Below the pieces are notes generated by a model. It was not told where the DNA came from, ran no database searches, and saw only the letters and a list, made by a program, of their open reading frames with translations. DNA of 64,000 nucleotides, taken from contig CAVRCJ010000011.1 of the NCBI GenBank assembly GCA_963719515.1, positions 288,001 to 352,000 of the forward strand. The letters are read 5' to 3'. Below, one piece after another: positions 39,619-49,826 of the stretch. Position numbers and translations under genes: made by a program. Source of the DNA: an uncultured cyanobacterium. GTDB taxonomy: Bacteria; Cyanobacteriota; Cyanobacteriia; CAKZMO01. Each line of letters opens with the position of its first letter. The stretch's first letter is position 1.

Positions 39619-40425
39619 CTAGACCAGAACAGAACTCGGCACCACCCGCTCCACTCGCGGCGAGTGGCCAAGCCACTGGCTGGCAACATGGGCAAACTGA
39701 TCGGGGCGATCGCTGACGCAAAATCTTGTGCGGGCAGCAGGTCCGCTGGTGGGAGAAACCGTCGGGGAAATCATTTGCGCTGTGGCGATCGCCACCTGAG
39801 CCGCCGGGTCGATGCGCCGCACCGTGGGCGGCAGCAGATCCCTAATCACCGGGTCTAGAAGCGGGTAGTGAGTGCAGCCATACACCAGCGTGTCGATGCC
39901 TTTCTGCAGCAGGGGCGCTAAGTAAGTGCGGGCGACGGACTGAGTCTCGGCCTCGTGAATGCGGTTTTGCTCAATTAGCGGCACAAAGGCGGGGCAGCCC
40001 ACCTCCCACACCTGAGCCGCCGGATCGAGGCCGTTGATCGCCGTTTTATAGGCGTGGCTCGCCGCCGTCGCCGGGGTAGCAATTACCCCGATGCGCTGAC
40101 CACTCATGACTGCCGCCTGCGCCGCCGGCTCAATCATGCCCAAAAGCGGGACGGCGAACTCTCCTTGCACCTGATGTAGCGCCAGCGCCGAGCTGGTGTT
40201 GCAGGCCATGACCACCAGCTTCACCTGCTCCTGCTGCATCCAGGGTACAATCTCGCGCACAAACTGGATGATCTCGGCGCTTGACCGCGTGCCATAGGGA
40301 ACGCGGGCCGTATCGCCAAAATACAGGACCGACTCATAGGGCAGGAGCTGGTGAATCGCGTTGAGCACCGTTAGGCCCCCCACCCCACTATCAAAGACGC
40401 CGATTTGACCAGTAGAGGGAGGCAT
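39619..40425 (-). CDS. murI: Glutamate racemase
   Basis: GVFDSGVGGLTV, PYG, ACNTSS, GCTHYP. Confidence 0.97.
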   Translation of the reverse strand: MPPSTGQIGVFDSGVGGLTVLNAIHQLLPYESVLYFGDTARVPYGTRSSAEIIQFVREIVPWMQQEQVKLVVMACNTSSALALHQVQGEFAVPLLGMIEPAAQAAVMSGQRIGVIATPATAASHAYKTAINGLDPAAQVWEVGCPAFVPLIEQNRIHEAETQSVARTYLAPLLQKGIDTLVYGCTHYPLLDPVIRDLLPPTVRRIDPAAQVAIATAQMISPTVSPTSGPAARTRFCVSDRPDQFAHVASQWLGHSPRVERVVPSSVLV

Positions 40426-40427
40426 GA

Positions 40428-41915
40428 CTACTTTTCCTTAACCTCGGCCTTAAGATCAACAGCTCCCTCTATCGCACCTCCTTCAATCGCCATGGAAGCG
40501 CCCTCCACTGACTCGGGTTCATCTTGAAACACCAGTCGCAAAAAGGGCGGCGCAACAAAGGTGGTCATAATCACCATGACGATGATGGCGGCTTCAAGAG
40601 ACTCAGGCAGCACGCCGCTGGCCGCGCCCACGCCCGCAAACACCAGGCCAACCTCTCCTCGGGGAATCATGCCGACGCCGATGGCCAGCTTGTTGATGTC
40701 TCCCTGGCCAAAGATGGCGAAGCCGGTCACCACCTTACCGATGATGGCGATCGCCACCAAAAAGACCGACATAATCAGCGCGTCTCGGTTGGCGGGCACC
40801 GCCGGGTTGAGGACACTTAGATCCGTCTGCGCGCCCACGGTGACAAAGAAGATGGGCACAAAGAAGTCAGAGATGGGAATCACCTGCTCCTCTAGCTCCT
40901 TGCGCTTTTCGGTCTCCGCCAGAATGAGACCTGCAGCAAAGGCCCCCAGAATCGCCTCAAGGTTAATAGCGGCAGCGATGTAGGCCAGCACAAAGGCAAA
41001 GATCAGCGATGACAAAATCAGCTCACCGCGGGTGTTCATATTGTCGACGAGCGCCACGAAGTAGGAGCTGAGCAGCCGTCCGACTAAGATGGCCCCCACC
41101 AAGAACGTGGCCGCACCGCCAATTAGGTAGACGATGTTGAGGACGTCGATTTCCCCCGTCTTGGCGAGGCTAGCCACCACCGCTAAGACGATGATGCCCA
41201 GGATATCGTCGAGCACCGCAGCGCCGATAATAATTTGGCCTTCTTTAGACCCCAACTGCTTGAGCTCGGCCAGCACCTTGGCGGTGATGCCGATGCTGGT
41301 GGCCGTGAGGGCCGCCCCCGCGAACACGGCGGGAATTGTGGGCACGTTGAATAATCCGATGAGGCCAGCGGTCCCCAAAGCAAAGGGAACCACCACCCCA
41401 ATCACCGCGACAATCGCCGCCTGAGGCCCGACGCGAATTAGCTCTTCTAGATCAGACTCCAGGCCAATCTCGAACAGCAGCAAGATGACGCCCAGCTCCG
41501 AGAGTACCGAAATCACCTCGCTCTGGGCCGCGAATACGCTACCCGCTGACTCTGGTGAGAGCCCCGCGGTGGCCTGGAGGAAGTCTGTCACCAGGGAACC
41601 GGTTTCCGCACCGCCCCCCTCCGGAAAGACGATGAGACCCAGCACCGATACACCAACCACCACGCCGCCAATCAGCTCACCCAGCACCGGGGGAAGGTTG
41701 AGCCGCGAGCAGAGCTCGCCAAATATCTTTGCCGCCAGGTAGATGATAATCAAGCTCAGCAGCACGCCTGCCAAAACCAGGCCGCCCTCCTCAGCGCTAT
41801 TAGCGGCTTCTTCAGCGGCTGCTTCAGCCGCGGCTAAAAGGGGCTGAGCTAGAAACGGCAGGCCGTCTAAACCCGTAAAAATCTGCCCCGTCAAATCTTG
41901 TACGATGTCAATCAT
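40428..41915 (-). CDS. Cation:proton antiporter, CPA2 family (NhaS3-like)
   Basis: LFEIGLES, TATSIGIT, AAVLDD, GMIPRGEV and many TM helices. Confidence 0.9.
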   Translation of the reverse strand: MIDIVQDLTGQIFTGLDGLPFLAQPLLAAAEAAAEEAANSAEEGGLVLAGVLLSLIIIYLAAKIFGELCSRLNLPPVLGELIGGVVVGVSVLGLIVFPEGGGAETGSLVTDFLQATAGLSPESAGSVFAAQSEVISVLSELGVILLLFEIGLESDLEELIRVGPQAAIVAVIGVVVPFALGTAGLIGLFNVPTIPAVFAGAALTATSIGITAKVLAELKQLGSKEGQIIIGAAVLDDILGIIVLAVVASLAKTGEIDVLNIVYLIGGAATFLVGAILVGRLLSSYFVALVDNMNTRGELILSSLIFAFVLAYIAAAINLEAILGAFAAGLILAETEKRKELEEQVIPISDFFVPIFFVTVGAQTDLSVLNPAVPANRDALIMSVFLVAIAIIGKVVTGFAIFGQGDINKLAIGVGMIPRGEVGLVFAGVGAASGVLPESLEAAIIVMVIMTTFVAPPFLRLVFQDEPESVEGASMAIEGGAIEGAVDLKAEVKEK

Positions 41916-42075
41916 GCAGACAATCTGTGCTTAATTTACTTAACTATAAACGGCCTTTACAGAACCCAATAATCTCAGGGGCTAGAATCACCGCCAAAAC
42001 AGCCGGTATCGCCATCAAAATTGCTAATCTATTCGATATGGTGACTCAATGGTCCGGCGACTAGAATCTGTTCTG

Positions 42076-43053
42076 CTATTGGACCAGCAGCTGAGCAAAC
42101 GCCTGAATGTCGACGTTCCCTCCGCTAACAATAACGCCGACTTTGGCCTCCGGAACTTCGATGGCTCTACTATACAGAGCTGAGGCCGCCAGCGCCCCTG
42201 TCGGTTCGACTATTAACTTTAAGCGCTCCCAAAGAAAGCGCGCGGTATCAAGAACGGCGCGATCGCCTACGCTAACCATATCGTGGACGTACTTCAAAAC
42301 CAAGGGGAAAGTAATCTGGCCTAGAGACGGCGTTCGAGCACCGTCACAGATTGTGTCCGGCGCGTGGACCGTCTGCAGGGTTTTGCTATAGAACGATCGC
42401 GTCGCGTCATCTGCCGCGGCAGGCTCCACCCCAATTACCCGGCAGCCGGGGCAAAGCTCACGGGCGGCGATCGCACAGCCCGACAGCAGTCCGCCCCCGC
42501 CGCAGCACACTAGCAGAGCGTCTAGCGGCCCCACGGTCTCGAAGAGCTCTTTGGCGGCGGTGCCCTGCCCCGCCACAATGTGGGGGTGGTCATACGGCGG
42601 AATCAGCACCGCTCCCCGCTCCTCAACCAGCTGCTGGCCCAGAGCCTCGCGGCTAATTTTTTCACGGTCATACAGCAGCACTTCCGCCCCGTAGCTTTCT
42701 GTGGCCTGACGTTTTACCTGGGGCGCATCTTTGGGCATGACTACCGTGGTGGCGATGCCCAACAGCCGCCCTGACAGCGCGATCGCCTGGGCGTGGTTTC
42801 CAGAAGAGAAAGTGAGCACCCCCCGACGTCTCGCCTCAGGGCTGAGCTGGCTCAAGGCGTTGTAGGCCCCGCGAAACTTGAATGAGCCGGTGCGCTGCAG
42901 GTTTTCACACTTAAAGTAGACGTCGCTGCCCACCCGCTGGTTGAAGCTGCGGCTCTGCATGACGGGGGTGAGGTGGGCGTGGCCCTCAAGGCGCTGGGCG
43001 GCGGCGAGGATATCGGAGTAGGAGACAGGCAGTGAGGCAGCGGGGTCGGTCAT
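42076..43053 (-). CDS. PLP-dependent threo-3-hydroxyaspartate ammonia-lyase / Ser-Thr dehydratase family
   Basis: KCENLQRTGSFKFRGA, SSGNHAQ, GGGGL, SGGN. No regulatory domain. Confidence 0.88.
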   Translation of the reverse strand: MTDPAASLPVSYSDILAAAQRLEGHAHLTPVMQSRSFNQRVGSDVYFKCENLQRTGSFKFRGAYNALSQLSPEARRRGVLTFSSGNHAQAIALSGRLLGIATTVVMPKDAPQVKRQATESYGAEVLLYDREKISREALGQQLVEERGAVLIPPYDHPHIVAGQGTAAKELFETVGPLDALLVCCGGGGLLSGCAIAARELCPGCRVIGVEPAAADDATRSFYSKTLQTVHAPDTICDGARTPSLGQITFPLVLKYVHDMVSVGDRAVLDTARFLWERLKLIVEPTGALAASALYSRAIEVPEAKVGVIVSGGNVDIQAFAQLLVQ

Positions 43054-43241
43054 GGGGATAAACCTTTGATGCTTATGATGCTCAACGTCAAGGGTATCGC
43101 GGGGCGATGTCTTAGAACCGGCCTATGCTGCTCTAGAGCAGATGCGCCAATCATCGCCATGGTTCTACTTGTGGATAGATTCACTGCAGACGCCGCCTGA
43201 CTAGTCTTTGAGTAAAGGACTTTATTGATAGGAAGGCGCTT

Positions 43242-44045
43242 GTGGAATTTGGCATTAAGGGAAAGGTCGCTTTGGTAACCGGGGGAGACTCCGGTATTGG
43301 ACGGGCGACGGCAAAGCTGCTCGCCGATGAAGGCGTAAAGATCGCGCTCCTCGACAAGACCAGCGACAAACTTCAGGACACCCTAGAAGAGGTAAAAACC
43401 GTCGGTGAGGCGATCGCCATCCAGGCGGACCTGCGGGATTTGAAGCAGGTGGAAGCGGCCAAAGACCGGATGATTGAGCAGTATGGCACCGTGGATATTT
43501 TGGTGAACTGCGCCGGCATTACCGGGGCTACGGGTAATTTTCTGGAAATCAGCGATGACGACTGGTACGAGGCGCTGGAAGTGGACCTGATGGCCGCCGT
43601 TCGGCTCTGTCGAGTCTTTATTCCAGTAATGCGCAAATCTGGCTGGGGACGGGTGGTGCTGATTTCCTCAGAGGATGCGGTGCAGCCCTACACCGACGAG
43701 ATGCCCTACTGCGCCGCCAAGGCCGGGGTACTCAACTTCGCCAAGAACCTCTCGAAGGCCTACGCCAAAGACGGGGTGCTGGTAAACTCGGTCTCCCCCG
43801 CCTTCATCGCCACCCCGATGACTGACGCCATGATGTCTAAGCGGGCAGACGAGAAAGGCACGAGCTTTGACGAGGCGATCGACACCTTCTTGAAAGAGAA
43901 GCGCCCCCACCTAGAGCTGCAGCGGCGCGGCAAGGCCCAAGAGGTGGCCGCTGTGATCGCCTTTTTGTGCTCCCAGCAGTCGAGCTTTGTGGTCGGTGCC
44001 AACTACCGTGTAGATGGCGGATCGGTAGCCACCATTCACGCCTAG
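43242..44045 (+). CDS. Short-chain dehydrogenase/reductase
   Basis: TGGDSGIG, VNCAG, YCAAK, VDGG. Confidence 0.93.
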   Translation: MEFGIKGKVALVTGGDSGIGRATAKLLADEGVKIALLDKTSDKLQDTLEEVKTVGEAIAIQADLRDLKQVEAAKDRMIEQYGTVDILVNCAGITGATGNFLEISDDDWYEALEVDLMAAVRLCRVFIPVMRKSGWGRVVLISSEDAVQPYTDEMPYCAAKAGVLNFAKNLSKAYAKDGVLVNSVSPAFIATPMTDAMMSKRADEKGTSFDEAIDTFLKEKRPHLELQRRGKAQEVAAVIAFLCSQQSSFVVGANYRVDGGSVATIHA

Positions 44046-44053
44046 CACTGGTT

Positions 44054-46324
44054 TTAAGCACGGCGGGTCGTCTGCAGCCGCTTGAGCTGCCCCCGCATTT
44101 GCTCAATATCTGCTGGAAGACCGCCGTAGCGCCAACGCACATACTCTTGGGACAGCGCCGCTACCGCATCTGCCGCCGGGGCAGGAAGGTGGAGGCGCAC
44201 CAGCGCTACGTATTCTTGCGGAGTTTGGGAGGCGCGCTTACGGACGCCGCGATCGCTCAGTAAGGCCACCATACGCTGATAGGCCGCCTCAGGGGGGGGC
44301 AGTCGCCGCAGCTGCCATCCGCGCCGCAGCCGCTGACCGCCCAGCCACAAGATCCAAGCTCCGATCCCTAGCCCCAGCAGCGCCAGCGCCCCTTTGACGA
44401 GGCCGAGACCGCCGGAGAGCAGCGCCTTGAGCCACCCCAGGGCGCTGCCGGCCAGCTCGACCATCAGGCCCACAGCGCCGCGAATCCAGCCGAGAACCGG
44501 AGGGGGTAGCCAGCCCGCCACCCAGCGCCAAAACTGCCGCAGCACCCCAAACCGCTCAGGCTCATGCGAAGACAGGGGAACGGTCTCATGGCCCGGGATA
44601 GGGTCGAAGGCAAACCAGCCCGCCTCCCCAAAGTAGACCTCTGTCAGCGCGTAGGCATCCGTGTTGCGCACGACGTAGAGCCCCGTGAACGGGTTAAATT
44701 CTCCCGGCGCAAACCCCGTAACTAACCGCGCTGGAACGCCGATGGAGCGCAGCATAATGGTCAGCACCGTAGAGAAGTGATCGGGCTGACCGCCGCTGTG
44801 GTCGAATAGAAAGGCGCTGACTAAATCATCGCCCTCCGCGAAAAACGGTAGCTCTTCCTTAAGGGCGTAGTTTTGCTTGAGGTGCTGGGCTAAATAGAGG
44901 GCCTGTTCATAGGGCTGGGTTACCGGGTTAGGGGCATTGCTTAGGATATCCTGCGTTAGCTCGCGCACCGCCGGTAAAATTTCCTCGGGCACCTGTAGAT
45001 ATCGTCGCTGGACCGCTTCTGGATAATCGGTATCGGCCTGGTTGAGCCGGGTGCGATCGCGGCGGGGCACTTCAGAGACCACGGTGTAGGTGATGCCATC
45101 GGATAAGGCAATGGGCGATCGCAGGCTTCCCTCCGTATCGACCGCCACCTGGTCCAAAGGAAAGTAGAGCTGAGCGGCCTGATAGAGGGCCGGCAGCAGA
45201 TTGGGAAAATCGGCGGCGATCGTGTAGGTCTGCACCACCTCTCGCCCTGATACAGCGGGGTTTCGAGGCAGGTAGAACTGCAGCGCCCAGCGAGGCCGCG
45301 ACAAAACTGCTATCTCCTCGTCGTAGAGCGACTCCCACCCGAGACCGGTGTAGCGCTCGAAAGCCAGCACCCGCCAAAACCCCGGAGACTGCGCCCTAAC
45401 CCGCATCACCACCTGCGGCGTCATTTCTCCCCGCAGGTTTTGGTTCATGCGGCTGTTGAAGCCATAGTAGGAAAATTCGTCGACTGTTCCAGGTGCGCCA
45501 GCGCTGCCGGTGTCTGAAAAGGACCTCCCTCTACCGTCTCCGTCCTCCCCACCCCGGCTATAGGCTGGATTATTGATCGCTTGTCCGTCAAAGGTGCCGT
45601 TAAAATCGATGGCTTCGCTAACCGGCAGCGAGCGAATCTGATAGCTGCCGAGGCGGGGTAGGGCAGCAAAAATCACCAGTCCGATGGCGAGAACCGCTGC
45701 CAACATAAGACTCCACTGCCGCAGCGGTAGGGCCATCGTCCACGCTCGCGGCCGCGCCGATGCCGTCAGCCCCAGCCGCGAGCGGTAGTCTAAAGCCAGC
45801 GTCGGCAGGCCAACGGCAATGAACAACAGCAGCAGCGGCCCGAAGGTGAGGGTTTGGCTGAGGGTGGCCGCCACCCCCATCAAGATTAGGCCGATAACGA
45901 TGGAGTAGCCCAGATCTTTGCGGCGCGGCAGGTCAAAGCTGTGAAGCACCTGAAGATGAATCAGCAGCTCGGCCAGCGCCAGACGGGTGTCGGCCTGTCC
46001 CGCCGCCAGCTGGCTTAAGAAGAAGCCCAGCGCCACTACCATACCCAAGGCGATCGCCCCCTGGACAAACCGCCTTGGCCGGTGGCGGGTGCGCCAGCTC
46101 CAGAACGCCCCCAAGCCCCCCATTGGGACAGCCCAGAAGCTAACACCCAGGGCATCTGCAGCATCCGCTGCCGTGAGATCTGTAGCGATGATCCCGATGG
46201 TGACTAAAACTTGAACAAAAATCCGCAGGCGCAGCGAATTTTCAGGCTGAAGCGGCGATCGCGAGCCAAGGCGCTGCTGTAAACGCCTGAGCCAAGCTCT
46301 GGGCTGGGCTAGCTGTGAAACCAT
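44054..46324 (-). CDS. Membrane transglutaminase-like protein (DUF3488 + TG core + DUF4129, TgpA-like)
   Basis: N-terminal TMs, WRVLAFERYTG, LRSIGVPARLVTGF, GWFAFDP. ATG at 46324. Confidence 0.88.
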   Translation of the reverse strand: MVSQLAQPRAWLRRLQQRLGSRSPLQPENSLRLRIFVQVLVTIGIIATDLTAADAADALGVSFWAVPMGGLGAFWSWRTRHRPRRFVQGAIALGMVVALGFFLSQLAAGQADTRLALAELLIHLQVLHSFDLPRRKDLGYSIVIGLILMGVAATLSQTLTFGPLLLLFIAVGLPTLALDYRSRLGLTASARPRAWTMALPLRQWSLMLAAVLAIGLVIFAALPRLGSYQIRSLPVSEAIDFNGTFDGQAINNPAYSRGGEDGDGRGRSFSDTGSAGAPGTVDEFSYYGFNSRMNQNLRGEMTPQVVMRVRAQSPGFWRVLAFERYTGLGWESLYDEEIAVLSRPRWALQFYLPRNPAVSGREVVQTYTIAADFPNLLPALYQAAQLYFPLDQVAVDTEGSLRSPIALSDGITYTVVSEVPRRDRTRLNQADTDYPEAVQRRYLQVPEEILPAVRELTQDILSNAPNPVTQPYEQALYLAQHLKQNYALKEELPFFAEGDDLVSAFLFDHSGGQPDHFSTVLTIMLRSIGVPARLVTGFAPGEFNPFTGLYVVRNTDAYALTEVYFGEAGWFAFDPIPGHETVPLSSHEPERFGVLRQFWRWVAGWLPPPVLGWIRGAVGLMVELAGSALGWLKALLSGGLGLVKGALALLGLGIGAWILWLGGQRLRRGWQLRRLPPPEAAYQRMVALLSDRGVRKRASQTPQEYVALVRLHLPAPAADAVAALSQEYVRWRYGGLPADIEQMRGQLKRLQTTRRA

Positions 46325-46329
46325 ATACA

Positions 46330-46363
46330 AAACTGGGAGCTAGTTCGAGCTAGCTCCCAGTTT
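46330..46363 (-). terminator. Strong hairpin after hetZ-patU
   Basis: AAACTGGGAGCTAG-TTCGAG-CTAGCTCCCAGTTT. Confidence 0.6.
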
Positions 46364-46428
46364 ACGCGCTTTGACGTTCGAATGGCTTGATGAAGCTGAC
46401 GCTATCAACAGACCCGAATCGGTCAGCC

Positions 46429-47301
46429 CTAGGCGACCTGCAGAGAAAAGGTCAAGGAGTGCTCCTCGCCATCTAAATAGACCTCCAAGATACAGGTATC
46501 ACCCGCAGTCAGGTCAAATAGGTCTACATTCAGCGTTCCCTGAGACGATCGCTGGGCCTGAGCGCGGCGCTCATCGCCGCACCGCAGTTCAGCTCGACCA
46601 CTGCAGGGCATCTTAATATCGACGCAAAGCTGGCGATCTGGGGTGGGCTTATACGCCGCTAGCAAGGTCAGAGGACCACTGTCCGTCATCCACTGGCGCT
46701 CTATTCGGGGCTGCTCCGCTGAGACCGTCAGAGTCAAAAGAGCCAGCATCTCGCGAACGGCCAACAGCGACAGCGCCATCTTCTGAGTTGAGGTGGCGTC
46801 GTCGTAGTGATCGGGAAATCCGCTAGATTGAGCCGTCTCTGGGAGCAGCGTAGCGGCCCGGGGGGCAGAGGCAAGCACCAGTCCAGCGAGGTGATTCAGA
46901 CTTTCTGAGTGCCCCGGAAATAGAGGCTCTACGATATCTACGAGCTGACGGCCAATTTGGGCTGAGTCCTGGGCCAGCCTTTGGCAGCGCTCCATCAGCG
47001 TAACTAGAAGCTGCTCCGACATCGTCACAGGCAGCTGACGCTGAATTTGCTTGAGCCAGAACTGACTCGAAACAATATTCGTGCGCAAGCAGTCTGCTTC
47101 CTCAGCACCGTACTCATGGATTTCGGATTCCCAGGGGAACAGGGGAGGGTTTTGCTCAATTTCGACCTGTAGTCGACGCTTTAGCAGAGCGTGAAATCGA
47201 TCTTGCACAGCAGGTATCTCTCCAACGTTGACGAATGAAAATTGCTCTAGCGGTGCCGCGCTAAAGACCTTCGAACCGATTGGCTTGGTATTGACTAACA
47301 C
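46429..47301 (-). CDS. patU: PatU (PatU3-like) protein
   Basis: EIPAVQDRFHALLKRRLQVEIEQNPPLFPWE motif, directly downstream of hetZ as in the known hetZ-patU cluster. Start uncertain. Confidence 0.75.
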   Translation of the reverse strand: MLVNTKPIGSKVFSAAPLEQFSFVNVGEIPAVQDRFHALLKRRLQVEIEQNPPLFPWESEIHEYGAEEADCLRTNIVSSQFWLKQIQRQLPVTMSEQLLVTLMERCQRLAQDSAQIGRQLVDIVEPLFPGHSESLNHLAGLVLASAPRAATLLPETAQSSGFPDHYDDATSTQKMALSLLAVREMLALLTLTVSAEQPRIERQWMTDSGPLTLLAAYKPTPDRQLCVDIKMPCSGRAELRCGDERRAQAQRSSQGTLNVDLFDLTAGDTCILEVYLDGEEHSLTFSLQVA

Positions 47302-47499
47302 GGCTAGTATCTAAAACGGTGAATGAATCGTAGTTCTCAGTACAGCGCTTCCCTTGACCGTAACCCTGCGCCAGCGATCGCGCTGGCCTCCCCTGATGGA
47401 ATCCCTGATGACGTGAAGGTCGTGGCGGAAACGAGATAGCGCTAAATCGACCTTGTCCCGGAATATACTGAGACAAGCGACTCAGCGACATCTGCATCT

Positions 47500-48693
47500 C
47501 TATTCGTCTTCCTGTGGCGGTGCTCCGGACAGTAAATCGTTTCGAATGTTCCACGCTTTTTCCAAAATTTTAGACCACTGCTTCTGAAGCTGAGTGTGGG
47601 TGCAGCCCACCTCTCGGGTAATTGCCTTATCGCTCCAGCCCTCTTGCTTGTATCGCAGGGTATCTTGCTGCAGAGCGCTCAAGCCTTGCTGGAAGGTTTG
47701 CCATTGGTAAGGCGTAAGGCCAAAGTTCCGCTCTAGATCAGCTTCGAGCCACTGATGGACTAGCTCCCAGTGGTGGGACATGGAAAACCGAATCAGATGG
47801 TACTTGAAGCGCTGCTGGAGATAATCCCGCTTTCGAGAGGTCAAGCCCAGTATGGCTTCGATTTCGTGAGCCGGTAGGTCTTGCAGGCGCAAAACAAAGT
47901 AGTCTGCACAGTCTTCCTGATTTTTTTCCTCAAGGTAGCTGAGCAGTTTATCGACCACAATATCCCGCAGGGAGTCTTCAGGAGACTTGGGTTCTAGGGC
48001 AACCATTTGCTCCCTTACCTGCTGCAGCGGGGCCGATCCCCAGCCTTGATCTGAGTCAGAGCTACCGCCGTCAGCGGCCTGCTCAATGTCTACCATCATC
48101 TCGGGAGGCTGCTGCCGCGAGAACGTTTGAGCCCGCAGGATAATCAGCTGCTGACTGCGATGCCTCGGCAGGGGAATGCGGCGCTTTCCGTATCGCTCGG
48201 TGAAAGCCATGTATTCAGAGAGTTCGAGCAGCGTTCGAGGGCGGTAGGTTGCGAGCAGGTCGCTCTCCCGCCTGAACGCGTTGAGCGCCTCGACGTAAAA
48301 ATTTTGAAGAAAGTCCTCGATTAGCGTCAGCCTGGCCTGATAGCTCGATTGGACCTGGGGCGGCGTGATATACCGGTAGATGACCGCGCTCAGCGTGCCG
48401 TGTAGGTCAACCCGTCCCTGCCTTGACCCCAAGCGATAGTATTTGAGACATTGATTAAGACGGTGCTTGGCCAGGTTCATCATCCAGACGTCTACTTCGC
48501 CTGACGCTTGAATCCGCTGACTCTCAGAGCAAATTCGAGAGACTTCGTCGGCGATTCGATGCGCAACCTGACGACAGTTTTTTTCCGATGCCTTCGTCGC
48601 TTGCTGAAACTCATCGATGAGAAATTGAATCGTGGAATCCACGCCCTGGGTGCTGTCTCCCTGATGCTGAATGGCTATCACAATGCTATACAC
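47500..48693 (-). CDS. hetZ: HetZ family protein
   Basis: RICSESQRIQASG, CLKYYRLGS...GRVDLHGTLSA, EALNAFRRE, YMAFTERYGKRRI, RDYLQQRFKY. Confidence 0.85.
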   Translation of the reverse strand: MYSIVIAIQHQGDSTQGVDSTIQFLIDEFQQATKASEKNCRQVAHRIADEVSRICSESQRIQASGEVDVWMMNLAKHRLNQCLKYYRLGSRQGRVDLHGTLSAVIYRYITPPQVQSSYQARLTLIEDFLQNFYVEALNAFRRESDLLATYRPRTLLELSEYMAFTERYGKRRIPLPRHRSQQLIILRAQTFSRQQPPEMMVDIEQAADGGSSDSDQGWGSAPLQQVREQMVALEPKSPEDSLRDIVVDKLLSYLEEKNQEDCADYFVLRLQDLPAHEIEAILGLTSRKRDYLQQRFKYHLIRFSMSHHWELVHQWLEADLERNFGLTPYQWQTFQQGLSALQQDTLRYKQEGWSDKAITREVGCTHTQLQKQWSKILEKAWNIRNDLLSGAPPQEDE

Positions 48694-48823
48694 TCTCTAA
48701 AAACGGCAATGAATGGCAGAAGGATTCGGTCTAGACTGAATTAAGATGATGCCGCAGTATTTATACAGCGCTAGCCCTATGGCGCTACTGACTTATAGCG
48801 CTACAGTGACACCGACATAATTC

Positions 48824-49297
48824 ATGGATCTAGATCAGCAAATCCAAGTTTTGATTGATAGCGCACCCGAAGACGGAGTAACCCCAGCTATGATAGCGAC
48901 CATTGCTCCAGTCATTAAGACCGTTGCCGCTCAGCTCGTTCATCCGCAATACTACTTACTGCAAACCCTTGACAATGGCTGGCTAATGACGACTTTAGGT
49001 CATCATTCCCAAACCGGCGTTGAGAAAAACGTGATCTACGCTTATCCGACACTGGAAGATGCTCGGTCAGGGTCTAAAGCGACCCAAGACCCCCAAATAA
49101 TGGCCCTACCGATTCCCGTAACGCATGTTCTATTTCAAATGCTAGCGATGAAAGTGATCCACAGCATTATCTTCCTTCAAACCTCCAATAATCTTCAAGA
49201 TGGCATTGAAGTCCCCCGCGAAAGACTTGAGCAGCTCATAAAACATCATGTTCGAAACCAACGCGGTAACAACCAAGCCCCGAACAATTTCGCCTAA
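48824..49297 (+). CDS. Hypothetical protein
   Basis: 157-aa ATG ORF divergent from hetZ. No recognised catalytic motif. Confidence 0.75.
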   Translation: MDLDQQIQVLIDSAPEDGVTPAMIATIAPVIKTVAAQLVHPQYYLLQTLDNGWLMTTLGHHSQTGVEKNVIYAYPTLEDARSGSKATQDPQIMALPIPVTHVLFQMLAMKVIHSIIFLQTSNNLQDGIEVPRERLEQLIKHHVRNQRGNNQAPNNFA

Positions 49298-49826
49298 CGC
49301 AAGCCATGCTTTGGTTCTAGGCATTAATTATAGGCGGTCTTTTGAGAGATGGGTACTAGCATATTGCTATAGCAGCGTAACTATTGATACCAAGATTTTG
49401 ACAAATTTAACGGATACCTACGGATGAGCCGCTTTTACGGCGTCTTTACACAAAAAGAGTCCATTACCGCTGAAAAGGTTCCTGCAACATTTGGTTACAT
49501 TGTTAAGACTTGAAAGGGCGATCGCTCTTTCAAGCTCGAATTGTTCTCGTCTTGAATCCTATCAGCGGGTCGGTTTGCTGGATTTGCTATTGCCAGTTCA
49601 TCATTTATTGGGCCTTGCTTCTCCACAAAGGTGTATTGACGTAACCGTATTATCGGTTGAACTATGTAGGTACTCTTGCTCATAGTGGGCGTCTTCATTA
49701 AGGTGCGTAGCGCCAGTCAACGCCCAGAGAGCGATCAACCGCTGCGGTCTGTTGAAGTACAGCTGTTGCCGCTAGCGCTAGCGATAATTTGCCACTCACT
49801 GACTAAAACCTCATAGGAAGGGTGCT

